From assembly GCA_013202845.1 (NCBI GenBank), contig JABMPT010000011.1, positions 7,669 to 71,668 of the forward strand: a stretch of DNA of 64,000 nt. Reading direction: 5' to 3'. A program made the position numbers and the translations under genes. Source of the DNA: Candidatus Woesearchaeota archaeon. GTDB taxonomy: Archaea; Nanobdellota; Nanobdellia; Woesearchaeales; GCA-2686295. This document shows positions 28,160 to 37,462 of the stretch, one piece after another (within the stretch, counting starts at the first letter, position 1; each line of letters starts with the position of its first letter). Under the pieces are notes generated by a model. The model saw only the letters and a program-made list of their open reading frames with translations, did no database searches and was not told the DNA's origin.

Positions 28160-28450
28160 ATGTCCAACAGCGATGTGCATTTAAGCAAGAAAAAAGTACT
28201 AGAACTTCTTAAGGACGCGAGTCATTTAAGAGAACTGTATGCCCAAGAAAACAGGAGAAGTTCTGGGCAACCATATGATTACGGCAGCATAGATAACATT
28301 GCTCTACGCTTATTTGAAAGACAGGAAGGGATCATAATTATAGATATCAGATTAAGCAAGAGCAACCTGAAAATACACGGTCAAATTGGTAGAGTAGAAG
28401 AAAACGGAGGTTTATTGTTCGCTTTGTCAGAAACAAAAACTATGTTCTAG
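28160..28450 (+). CDS. Hypothetical protein, possibly frameshifted
   Basis: 96-aa ORF after an AT-rich promoter-like region; the -1 frame stays open to 28617. Confidence 0.4.
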   Translation: MSNSDVHLSKKKVLELLKDASHLRELYAQENRRSSGQPYDYGSIDNIALRLFERQEGIIIIDIRLSKSNLKIHGQIGRVEENGGLLFALSETKTMF

Positions 28451-28682
28451 ATGACTTCTCAGGAACAACTATCGCACGTTTTGGTGAGAGTCTATGTGAT
28501 ATTCTAACTGAAAGAGCAACAAATGGTTCACCAGAGGTAAGATCGCTAATGCCAACCAGTACAGTGGGATACTGCAGGAGAACAAAAGCACATATACACA
28601 ATTATGCAACGTCATAATTCAGAAAGCAGGAACAGAAGAACTAAAACCCATCCCTTAAAATCACTTATGGTTGTTTTTAAAA

Positions 28683-31600
28683 TTATTGCAAATCATATCG
28701 ATTTATAGCCAATCTTTTATCTTCACCCGTTTCTGTTATCACAGCTATCATCGCCTTCCTATCAGGTCTTATCTTAAACACTTTGCATTCTCCAAATTCT
28801 TCATGGAAAAATTTTTGTTTTGCTACTGGCGACATCTTAGGAGTATATATCACCAAGTCACCATCCTCAGTTCTTAGCTCGTCAGCTGTCGAGAAGATTG
28901 CAGTGACAGGTCTGAAGAACAGTCTGCTAATGGGAATCCTTCCATCGACAAGATTATTGTATAATGCTTGGAAGGTCTCTAATTGTTCATCTGAAGCCTG
29001 ACCCAGTGTGCCTTCCTCGAGCCTTGAGACTAAGCTTCGGTCAAAGCTAGTGTTCCTGACATAGAACCCAATCATCAGACGAGGCGATTTAGGCACTAAC
29101 TGATGCTTTTCTCTTATATAAAGTTTAGTTTTGTTCATAAAAGCCTGTATCTGTTGAGTGTTTTTTCCAATCAGACCTGTTTGTTTTTTTATGATGTCAA
29201 AATATGCATTTGGCAACTCCAGTTTTATGCCTCGCCTTTTCCTTTCCTTAGCATTCATATTCAACACTTGGATACGTTTAAGAAGAGCAACGTAAACACT
29301 GCTTGGAATTGTTTCCAGCTTACCATCGGCTTCTCCTAATAAGCAGTCCTTCATAGTGTTCTGGGTTGTTTGACCAGCTTCTGCAAAGTAAAGAATTTTA
29401 TGCTGGAAGTTATTAAACACTCTCTGATACTTTGATTCAAGAACAGATTCAGCATCTTCAACTGCTTCAAGCACTCTTTCAGAAAGGATTTCATTTCCAA
29501 AAGAGATCATCTTAAGAGGCACTCCATCATTGTCAACAATTGTTTTGGCGATTGCTTCCAACGCAGACATGTCGCATGCAGGAACAGTCTTGGTTCTTCC
29601 AGCAACTGTATTTGAGAAATACTCAGTGCTCCTTTGAAGCTTGTGTTGTTTACTAAACGCTTTTACTAAAAATTCTGCAAAGTACTTTGAGGGAAAAATA
29701 TTTTGTCTTTCAGACGTAAACTGGATCAGCTTCAAGAACTCATCATAAGGAACCGATTCTGTTCTTTCAGAGAGCTCTGCAAACACATAACCCGACGATT
29801 TGACTTGTGGTCTGATCGTTTTAATTATGTTTCTTGCATGTCTGACTCGGCTTCTTGGTCCTGTGAAATTGCCTTTTCTATCCACTCTACCAAAAAACTT
29901 ATTAGGCAAGTCAAGGTTTTCATCTGAGTCACCAGAAATTATTTTCTTTGTTTCCTCAAAATGTGTTTGCATTCTTTCAAGTATGACTCGCTTGGCAAGT
30001 CTTTTGGGCTCTCTGTAATCTGAGAATGCAAGGGTTGTTAAAGATAATTCAAGAGCATAATATTTATCCTCTGCATTATTATCCCATGGCTTCACTCTAA
30101 AGTGCTCTTTAATCAAAGCCATTTCTTTAGCTGCCAGAGCAGTTATCTGTGAAGCAGGAACAAATTTTCCACCAAGAGCCACTTTCACATCTATTCCATC
30201 AGATTCAATATCATTTCCTGTTTCTAATGCTGCTTTGAAAACATCTTTAGCTATCTTCTCAAGACTATTTAGATTCTCTTCAGAAAAGAAATTACTTTTC
30301 AGAGTTAGCCCGAGTTTCTTGTTCATCTGTTTTCGGAAGTAAGTCAGGAATTTGGCGTGTGGGAGAACATCCTGACTTTCATAAGCTTCTTGCAAAACTT
30401 GATGAAACATACCAGCAGGAACCGACTTTACTGTTTTCTTTCTTGGTCTCTTGCCAATGAAAGCACCATTTGCATCTACCTCGCCAAAATATTCTTTAGG
30501 AAGATCAATCTTCTTATCAGATTTACCAGCAACAATCTTTTCAAGAGTGTTGACAAACCTATTCACTTTTTTAAGCAAGAGAGCATCTGAAGTAACCACT
30601 AATTCACTCAACGTCTGGTACACTGTTTGGAATGGAGTAGAGAATTCATCCGCAAGATAATTTTGCCATGCATTGGGACTCCATGGTTTCTTATTGTAAT
30701 GGCTTTCAATCAGACTCTCAGCTCCATCAAGCAGCTTAGCTCCATCAAGCAGCTTATTGATCTTGGAAGAAAGAACCCTTTCACCAAGATGAGCTTTTCC
30801 AATAGGAACTCCTTTTTTCTCAACATATTCAGTTACAGCGTTAACAGCATCATAAAATTCTTTTCCAACAGTTTCTTGTTTCGACAAAGTAGAATCATTA
30901 AGAGCTAGCTTTCCAATTGTTATATTAGAACCTTTTTGAGCTTCAGCTATTACAAATCTTAAATAACTAGGATAATCAAATAAATCCTGTTTTTTGAAAC
31001 CTTCTTTCAACAAACTAATTAGATCTTCAGCAGGCATAGTTTTAGGTTTTGTTGGTTTAAAAACATTGGATGTTATTTCATTAACTGCAAAGAAAAGACT
31101 TGCAGATACATTTGTTTTTTTAAGATATCCGGGACTGAGAATTTGTTCTGAAGCACGAATACCCTCATAATATTCAAGCTTTTCTATCAAATACTGTCTC
31201 ACTTGACTTTTATTCAAATCTAAAGAACTATATAAAATATCAAGCCTTCTCTGGATCCATTTTCCCGGAACTCTTTTTCCAAGATTCTCAAACATATTAT
31301 CTGAAGCAAGGTTTCTTAGAGTTTCAACCTTCCAATACATCTGCTGAAATAAATTGCTTGGGAACTCAGTAAGATTTCCATCAAGCGCAGCTTGCAAAGT
31401 CGCGTTCCACCCTTCAGATTGTTTTCCAGCAAAGAAATCAATCAATACTCCTTGCGATACAAATTTGTAACCTTTAGTAATAGCCAATAGCTCTTCTCCT
31501 TCTTCAACAAGATTCTTTGCGCACTCAGGACTAACAAATCTAACAGTTTCAAGATAATCTAATTCGATTCCTCCATTGGATGTCAAATCCTTACAAACAT

Positions 31601-31853
31601 TCAAAATAGCTTCATCCAAAGGTTCAGAAATATCAGTTTCTTCATTTCCAATAGTATTAAGATCATCAATTGCAGTAGTATCTTCAACTCCTAATTCATG
31701 AACAAGCTGAGTTACGTATGCAAGTGCATCTGATGGTAGAAAAGGTTCTTGGGAATGTATAATACGTTCCAGTCTCTGTCTTGATGTTCCTGGCACCCAC
31801 CTCATCTCTGCCTGGCTATTCCCAGTATGAGCTGCTGCATCACTACTCCCCAT
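28683..31853 (-). CDS. Large hypothetical protein with internal ~200-aa repeats
   Basis: 1056-aa ORF with no signal peptide; recurring Q.xFP/LP...G(V/I) and (D/E)LP..(Y/F)F motifs. Confidence 0.75.
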   Translation of the reverse strand: MGSSDAAAHTGNSQAEMRWVPGTSRQRLERIIHSQEPFLPSDALAYVTQLVHELGVEDTTAIDDLNTIGNEETDISEPLDEAILNVCKDLTSNGGIELDYLETVRFVSPECAKNLVEEGEELLAITKGYKFVSQGVLIDFFAGKQSEGWNATLQAALDGNLTEFPSNLFQQMYWKVETLRNLASDNMFENLGKRVPGKWIQRRLDILYSSLDLNKSQVRQYLIEKLEYYEGIRASEQILSPGYLKKTNVSASLFFAVNEITSNVFKPTKPKTMPAEDLISLLKEGFKKQDLFDYPSYLRFVIAEAQKGSNITIGKLALNDSTLSKQETVGKEFYDAVNAVTEYVEKKGVPIGKAHLGERVLSSKINKLLDGAKLLDGAESLIESHYNKKPWSPNAWQNYLADEFSTPFQTVYQTLSELVVTSDALLLKKVNRFVNTLEKIVAGKSDKKIDLPKEYFGEVDANGAFIGKRPRKKTVKSVPAGMFHQVLQEAYESQDVLPHAKFLTYFRKQMNKKLGLTLKSNFFSEENLNSLEKIAKDVFKAALETGNDIESDGIDVKVALGGKFVPASQITALAAKEMALIKEHFRVKPWDNNAEDKYYALELSLTTLAFSDYREPKRLAKRVILERMQTHFEETKKIISGDSDENLDLPNKFFGRVDRKGNFTGPRSRVRHARNIIKTIRPQVKSSGYVFAELSERTESVPYDEFLKLIQFTSERQNIFPSKYFAEFLVKAFSKQHKLQRSTEYFSNTVAGRTKTVPACDMSALEAIAKTIVDNDGVPLKMISFGNEILSERVLEAVEDAESVLESKYQRVFNNFQHKILYFAEAGQTTQNTMKDCLLGEADGKLETIPSSVYVALLKRIQVLNMNAKERKRRGIKLELPNAYFDIIKKQTGLIGKNTQQIQAFMNKTKLYIREKHQLVPKSPRLMIGFYVRNTSFDRSLVSRLEEGTLGQASDEQLETFQALYNNLVDGRIPISRLFFRPVTAIFSTADELRTEDGDLVIYTPKMSPVAKQKFFHEEFGECKVFKIRPDRKAMIAVITETGEDKRLAINRYDLQ
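30720..30755. repeat. Perfect 18-bp in-frame tandem duplication
   Basis: agctccatcaagcagctt twice, encoding KLLDGA-KLLDGA. Confidence 0.9.
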
Positions 31854-31956
31854 TATGAAAGTTTTGGAGTGTTAGCTAGTATATATATCTTTCTGAGAAG
31901 ACCACTGGGAAGTTAAGAAAACCAAGCTTTAAATAAAATTTTATATTCCCAACATC

Positions 31957-32409
31957 ATGACTGACTTAAAAAAGATAAGAGACAACATTATTGAAAATGG
32001 TTTTCCTGAATTGATGTCTATAGATATTTGGATAGACTGGAAAAAATTAAAAGACGCTCTTATTGAATACGGCGGGTTAACAGAAGAAGGGTTCTACATA
32101 GAAGTCGATAAATCATTGAGAGATGCTCCAACAGAAGTCATAGAAGGAGGATTAGCTCATGATTTAACACATATTCTAACTGATGTACAACAAGGAAGAA
32201 ACCTCACGCTTAAAGACAGACTAGCTTACAAAATTTCAAAAAAATACAAAACTTTAGACGAGAGAAATACTGATGTAACAGCAATTTTAAGAGGATACGG
32301 TTCTCAATTATTAGCATTCTTACAATACGCAGAAGAAAAAGACTTTCCTCATTACCAAGAAGATGGTCTTTCTATTAGGGAAATTTCTGCACTTGTAAAT
32401 AAGGAATAG
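31957..32409 (+). CDS. Hypothetical protein, metallopeptidase-like with HDxxH in place of HExxH
   Basis: GGLAHDLTHI followed by ER.TD...I.RGYG. Confidence 0.55.
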   Translation: MTDLKKIRDNIIENGFPELMSIDIWIDWKKLKDALIEYGGLTEEGFYIEVDKSLRDAPTEVIEGGLAHDLTHILTDVQQGRNLTLKDRLAYKISKKYKTLDERNTDVTAILRGYGSQLLAFLQYAEEKDFPHYQEDGLSIREISALVNKE

Positions 32410-32419
32410 AAAAACAGAA

Positions 32420-33709
32420 CTATTCTTTTATTGCACCATAACCAATCAATCTAAACCTTGTGCCGACTTTTCTGCTGATGGTTACTTTGCTGCCGACTTC
32501 TGCGCATATTGGTTTTTTCAAGCGGCATTTGAACTGGTTCTTGCCAAGCTCTTCAACAAAGCCGACTGTTGCTGCGCTATTAACATTTAACATAAGAACT
32601 TCACTCATCTTTATCGGTTCGACAGTTTCTTCTTTTTCACTTCCTATAACCTTGTCTAGAAGATTTGTTTCAAGTGTGAGTTCATACCATACAGGCGGAA
32701 GCTTGTCTGATAATCCAACTAGGTTTCCAACCAATTTGTCAGAACTGACAACACTGGAATCAAGAGTTGTCATTATAGCTACTGATCCTCCAGAGCCAAT
32801 CTCCTTCACAGAAGCACTTCCAGTCATGCAAGATGTAACCTTGGTTACTATAGGCTTCGCAACTATCTTGTTCTGTTCCTCAACAATGCGTCCAGGTTTT
32901 ATCTCTATCTTGTCGCCAACTTTTATCCTTCCTTCCAAGATTGCCCCTCCCAAAACACCGCCTTTCAAATCCTTAGGTTTGAATCCTGGCTTGTTGATGT
33001 CAAAGCTTCTGGCTACAAACATAATAGGGTCTTTCCCTGTAGGCCTCTTTGGTGTTGGAATATTCTTTTCCAAAGCCTCGATCAAGAAACCAACATTGAC
33101 TCCTTTCTGAGCGCTAAGAGGGATTATAGGAGATTTCTCATAATCTGTCCCTTTCAAAAACCCTTTTATCTGCTTGTAGTTTCTCAAAGCCCTATCCTTT
33201 GGAACCAAATCAATCTTGTTCTGGACAATAACTAAATTCTTGATACCTGCAATCTGCAAGCCCATCAAATGCTCCCTTGTCTGCGGTTGAGGACATGTCT
33301 CGTTAGCAGCAATTAGTAAAATTGCTCCATCCATTATCCTAGCACCGGAAAGCATTGTTGCCATAAGACTCTCATGCCCAGGCGCATCAACAAATGAAAC
33401 TTTTCTGAGAACTGTATAAGCTTTCTTTTCCTTGTCAGCCTTAGCCTGACTTGTATATTCTCCCTTCTTGGTCTTTACAAAAACAGTGTCCGCATAGCCA
33501 AGCCTAATTGTGATACCTCTCTTGATTTCTTCAGAATGAGTATCAGTCCATTTGCCTGAAAGTTGCTCTGTAAGAGTTGTCTTTCCGTGGTCTACATGTC
33601 CAACTAAGCCAATATTGACTTCAGGCATTAAATCTTCTTTTTTCTCAGTCTTTGACTGAGATTCAGAATTTTTTTTTGATTCTGTTTTCTTTCCAGCCAT
33701 TATAGTCAC
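32420..33709 (-). CDS. eif2g: Translation initiation factor aIF-2 gamma
   Basis: GHVDHGKTT, RGITIRLGYA, DAPGHE, QNKID; start may be ATG 33700. Confidence 0.97.
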   Translation of the reverse strand: MTIMAGKKTESKKNSESQSKTEKKEDLMPEVNIGLVGHVDHGKTTLTEQLSGKWTDTHSEEIKRGITIRLGYADTVFVKTKKGEYTSQAKADKEKKAYTVLRKVSFVDAPGHESLMATMLSGARIMDGAILLIAANETCPQPQTREHLMGLQIAGIKNLVIVQNKIDLVPKDRALRNYKQIKGFLKGTDYEKSPIIPLSAQKGVNVGFLIEALEKNIPTPKRPTGKDPIMFVARSFDINKPGFKPKDLKGGVLGGAILEGRIKVGDKIEIKPGRIVEEQNKIVAKPIVTKVTSCMTGSASVKEIGSGGSVAIMTTLDSSVVSSDKLVGNLVGLSDKLPPVWYELTLETNLLDKVIGSEKEETVEPIKMSEVLMLNVNSAATVGFVEELGKNQFKCRLKKPICAEVGSKVTISRKVGTRFRLIGYGAIKE

Positions 33710-33779
33710 GGAAATACTGCCTTTTTATAAATATTGCCCAAAGAAAACTTTTATAAATGGTCTATAATTCCAAGCAAGA

Positions 33780-34379
33780 ATGGCAAATATAGAAGCTTTT
33801 AACAGGTGGGATTGCTCAGCTATTAAAGTTGAGGATCCTGGTTTGCAGAGATACATAAACATCAAACCAGTTATAGTTCCAAAGACTGGTGCAAGGTATG
33901 CTGGCAACCGATTCCACAAGTCAAAATTATTCATAGTTGAAAGGCTTATTAACAGAGTTATGGTGCCGGGTCACAAAGGTAAGAAGCACAAGATTTCTAG
34001 CGGATCCTGCACAGGCAAATCAACAACTGCTTACGACATTGTAGAAAAGGCTTTCAAGATAATCGAGAAGAAAACCAATAAGAATCCTATAGAGGTTTTT
34101 GTCAAAGCATTGGAAAACGCTGCTCCAAGAGAAGAGATAGTAGCAATCGAATATGGAGGAGCAAGGTATCCTAAAGCTGTTGAATGCGCCCCACAAAGAA
34201 GGATTGACACTGCCTTGAAGATGATGACCCAGGGCGCTTACCAGAAAACATTTAGTTCTAAAAAGAAAGCAGAATCTTGTCTGGCTGACGAAATAATAGC
34301 AGCTTACCAATTAAGTCATACTTCAAACGCAATTGCTAAGAAGTTAGAGTTGGAAAGGCAGGCTGATGCAAGCAAATAG
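33780..34379 (+). CDS. rps7: 30S ribosomal protein S7
   Basis: IVERLIN, NPIEVFVKALENAAPREE, YGGARY, ELERQA. Confidence 0.96.
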   Translation: MANIEAFNRWDCSAIKVEDPGLQRYINIKPVIVPKTGARYAGNRFHKSKLFIVERLINRVMVPGHKGKKHKISSGSCTGKSTTAYDIVEKAFKIIEKKTNKNPIEVFVKALENAAPREEIVAIEYGGARYPKAVECAPQRRIDTALKMMTQGAYQKTFSSKKKAESCLADEIIAAYQLSHTSNAIAKKLELERQADASK

Positions 34380-34391
34380 TAAAAAATTCTT

Positions 34392-35051
34392 TCACAGTAA
34401 ATCCTCAAAATTGATCACTGGTTTTGTAAACTTCTTATAGTCGCCATATGCTATCCTTTCGCATGCTGTGTTGACAAAGCATTCTATGAACGGGAAGTCT
34501 TCCAAGCGGTCAAATTCCACATTGTTGTTGACTAAGAAATAGAATTCTTTATCAGGATATTTTTCCTTGATCTTTTCGAATAACCTTAATTTGTTCTGGC
34601 CCTGCTTTGTGGTTACCAACACTCCAATGTTCTTGCTTATAACGAACTCTGACTTTGCAGCAGCTAATCTCTTCCTAGTCATATCTGCATCTTTCTTTGT
34701 TAGCAAGGAATACTTTTTCTGCGCTTGGTTGTAGATATGCACTGGCTTGTCATTCTTTATTATCAATGCTTCTGGGTGAAACATTCCATCTCCAATGTAG
34801 AAGAAAGCTTCAAAATCCCCTTCAACTTTTTCTGTGTCGCATCCAAGCAATTGCCCTTCATACATTGTATGCCTTGGCTTTGTCAGCAAAACTTTTTTTC
34901 CTGCTTTCTCCAACTGCTTAATAAGAGAATCTTTTTGCTCTATCAACTGCGCTGTCATGAAGAGCATTATCTTTTTCGGGACTTTGTCTAGAACATTCTT
35001 TGGAATGGTCACTTTTTTATCATATTTTGCTTCGACAAAGTATGTCTTCAT
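34392..35051 (-). CDS. dph2: Short diphthamide synthesis protein (Dph2 family)
   Basis: GQLLGC, YIGDGMFHP, LVTTKQGQ, FVNTACERI. Confidence 0.8.
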   Translation of the reverse strand: MKTYFVEAKYDKKVTIPKNVLDKVPKKIMLFMTAQLIEQKDSLIKQLEKAGKKVLLTKPRHTMYEGQLLGCDTEKVEGDFEAFFYIGDGMFHPEALIIKNDKPVHIYNQAQKKYSLLTKKDADMTRKRLAAAKSEFVISKNIGVLVTTKQGQNKLRLFEKIKEKYPDKEFYFLVNNNVEFDRLEDFPFIECFVNTACERIAYGDYKKFTKPVINFEDLL

Positions 35052-35095
35052 AAAATATTGAAAGAATAATTGTTTTAAAAATCTTATTAAACTAA

Positions 35096-36508
35096 CTATC
35101 TTAACTTCTTTACTTTTCCTTTATCAGAGTCAACTTCTACTAAGTCACCATCTTTGAAAACCTTTGTAGCTACTTTCGTTCCAATGATACATGGCTTTCC
35201 TAATTCCCTACTAACAATCGCTGCATGAGAAGTAATACCCCCTTCATCTGTAACTATTGCTGAAGCTTTCTTCATAGCAACAATCAAATGAGGCCTGGTC
35301 ATACCAGTAACCAATATTTCACCATCCTTCATTTCCTGGATTGCTTTTTCTTGATCTTTAGTCAATGCATTGATAACTCTGACTCTTCCTTTTGCATAAC
35401 CAGAGTTTGCAATTTGTCCTTTTACTTCTTTGATTTTAGAATAATCAATTTTCTCGATTTCTTGTTCTTCTAAAACATCAACTTCTTCTCCTCTAAAGAA
35501 TTTCAGCTCATCATTATTCAAGAAAAAAGAATATTTATCTCGATCATTCAACTCCTCAGAACTAAGTTTCTTTCCGTTTGTTAATAAGTCTATGATTTCA
35601 TCAAGAGTATATTTCTCTAAATCCTTTGAATCAACACCTGTTCTTTTCTCAACTTCCTTGAAAACAAAATTAGTCAAGTATCCTGCTCTAACCCATCTCA
35701 ATCTAATATTAAGTCTTAAGTTAGAGAAAGTTTTAACGATGTTCAACAAAGATTGTATTGATTTTGAAATCTTTAATCTCTTAATGATTTCTTTCTGTTT
35801 TTTACTAAATTCAACTTTATGTTTTTTCTTGAAATTTATTTGTTCTTCTAGTTCTTCAAAAGGTAATTCTAAATCCTTATCCAATTGTTCCTTGAAATGC
35901 TCAACACTCCAAGGTTCTTCATTTTCAGAAGTTCCAATCCAACCATATTTCTGTTGATGCTTATGAATCCTTAAAGCAATATCCATTCTATCTAATTCTT
36001 CTTGATCCAATAAAGTAGTTTGAGTATTAGTTGTAAGCAGAGCAAAAACATCATTCAAATCTTTTTCAAAAACCTTAGCTTTCAAATGATTCTTTATCTC
36101 TTTCTCAACAGGTTCAAAGAACTCAGGTCTTGAAAGGTCATAGCTTGCAAAAAGTGATTCAAATTTTTGCATATAATTATTATATATCTTTATAAATTCA
36201 GAGTTTGATAATTTGTTTTTTTCCTTTAACAAAGCATCCATATCTTTAATCAATTCAGCATTATTTTTCTTTACGTATTTCAAAAAGTTCTTGACTTTCT
36301 TTTTATCATTAAAGATTTCTAAAGCAAGCTTTGACTTTCTATCTAAATCTTCTTTAGAATAATACATCTGCATTTTGTTATCCCTGCTAACACCCAAAAG
36401 CTTTGAATAATTACTTCCGAGAACTTGCTTCTTTTTATGAGCTCGGAAGAAAGAATCCATCCTGCAAAGAGGATGGACTGACTCCCATCTAAGTATCCAT
36501 TGTATCAT
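35096..36508 (-). CDS. Protein with C-terminal PEP-utilising phosphohistidine swivel domain
   Basis: ILVTGMTRP...[28 protein letters not shown]; N-terminal part helical with no recognisable ATP-grasp. Confidence 0.85.
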   Translation of the reverse strand: MIQWILRWESVHPLCRMDSFFRAHKKKQVLGSNYSKLLGVSRDNKMQMYYSKEDLDRKSKLALEIFNDKKKVKNFLKYVKKNNAELIKDMDALLKEKNKLSNSEFIKIYNNYMQKFESLFASYDLSRPEFFEPVEKEIKNHLKAKVFEKDLNDVFALLTTNTQTTLLDQEELDRMDIALRIHKHQQKYGWIGTSENEEPWSVEHFKEQLDKDLELPFEELEEQINFKKKHKVEFSKKQKEIIKRLKISKSIQSLLNIVKTFSNLRLNIRLRWVRAGYLTNFVFKEVEKRTGVDSKDLEKYTLDEIIDLLTNGKKLSSEELNDRDKYSFFLNNDELKFFRGEEVDVLEEQEIEKIDYSKIKEVKGQIANSGYAKGRVRVINALTKDQEKAIQEMKDGEILVTGMTRPHLIVAMKKASAIVTDEGGITSHAAIVSRELGKPCIIGTKVATKVFKDGDLVEVDSDKGKVKKLR

Positions 36509-36644
36509 CTTACAGCTATGTTTTTCATTTTATTATCCCCCAAAATTTCATGTATTAGTGGTAACTTGCAAAGATATAAAACTTAGTCCTCCCTTAGGGG
36601 AGAACAAACAAAAGATTTAAATAAAACAACTAACTAATAATTAT

Positions 36645-37415
36645 ATGAACACAGAAGTACTCGAGAATATCGGCTTCACAAAAGGAGAAATCAAAGTTTA
36701 TTTTGCACTATTAGAATTAGGTAACACAACCACAGGACCAATAATAACAAAGTCAACTGTGGCCAGGTCAAAAGTATATGAGATATTAGAAAGATTGAAA
36801 CTAAAAGGCTTGGCGACAGATGTAATTCAAGGAAAGCAAAAATATTTCCAAGCAGCACACCCAAACAAAATCTTAGACTATATCAAAAGAAAAGAACAGC
36901 AACTAAAAGAAGAAGAAAAAGACTTTAATAAAATACTTCCTGAACTAATAGAGAAGCTAAAATATTCCGAGGCAAAGCAAGAAGCAAAAGTATATGTGGG
37001 AATTGAAGGAATAAGAACATTCTTCGATGAAATAATAAATCAATTAGAAAAAGACGACGAATACCTAGCAATGACAATACCTTGGGAAGGGTTGATCGGT
37101 AAATCACCAACAAGAATCTTTCAAAACTTTCATTTGAAAAGAGCAGAGAAAAAAGCCAAAGCAAAGATTCTAACAAGTGATAAGAAATTAGCGAAAGAAG
37201 AAAATGTAAACTTCTCAAGAACAGGGTTTTATGAGTTCAGAACAACTGATGTAACATTGCCAACAGGGATCGGAATCTGCAAAGATTATGTGGTAACCTT
37301 CAACTGGGGAGAAACACCAAGAGCATTTGTCATAGAATGCAAAGAAAACGCAGAACAATACAGAAAATTTTTCTATGATATCTGGAATAAAGCAAAAAAG
37401 ATAGATTACCACTAA
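36645..37415 (+). CDS. TrmB-family transcriptional regulator
   Basis: LENIGFTKGEIKVYFALLELG...RSKVYEILERL..KGL wHTH plus effector domain. Confidence 0.88.
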   Translation: MNTEVLENIGFTKGEIKVYFALLELGNTTTGPIITKSTVARSKVYEILERLKLKGLATDVIQGKQKYFQAAHPNKILDYIKRKEQQLKEEEKDFNKILPELIEKLKYSEAKQEAKVYVGIEGIRTFFDEIINQLEKDDEYLAMTIPWEGLIGKSPTRIFQNFHLKRAEKKAKAKILTSDKKLAKEENVNFSRTGFYEFRTTDVTLPTGIGICKDYVVTFNWGETPRAFVIECKENAEQYRKFFYDIWNKAKKIDYH

Positions 37416-37462
37416 CGAATTGAACAAATCATTTATATACTATTGACTCAATTAGAAGAGTT

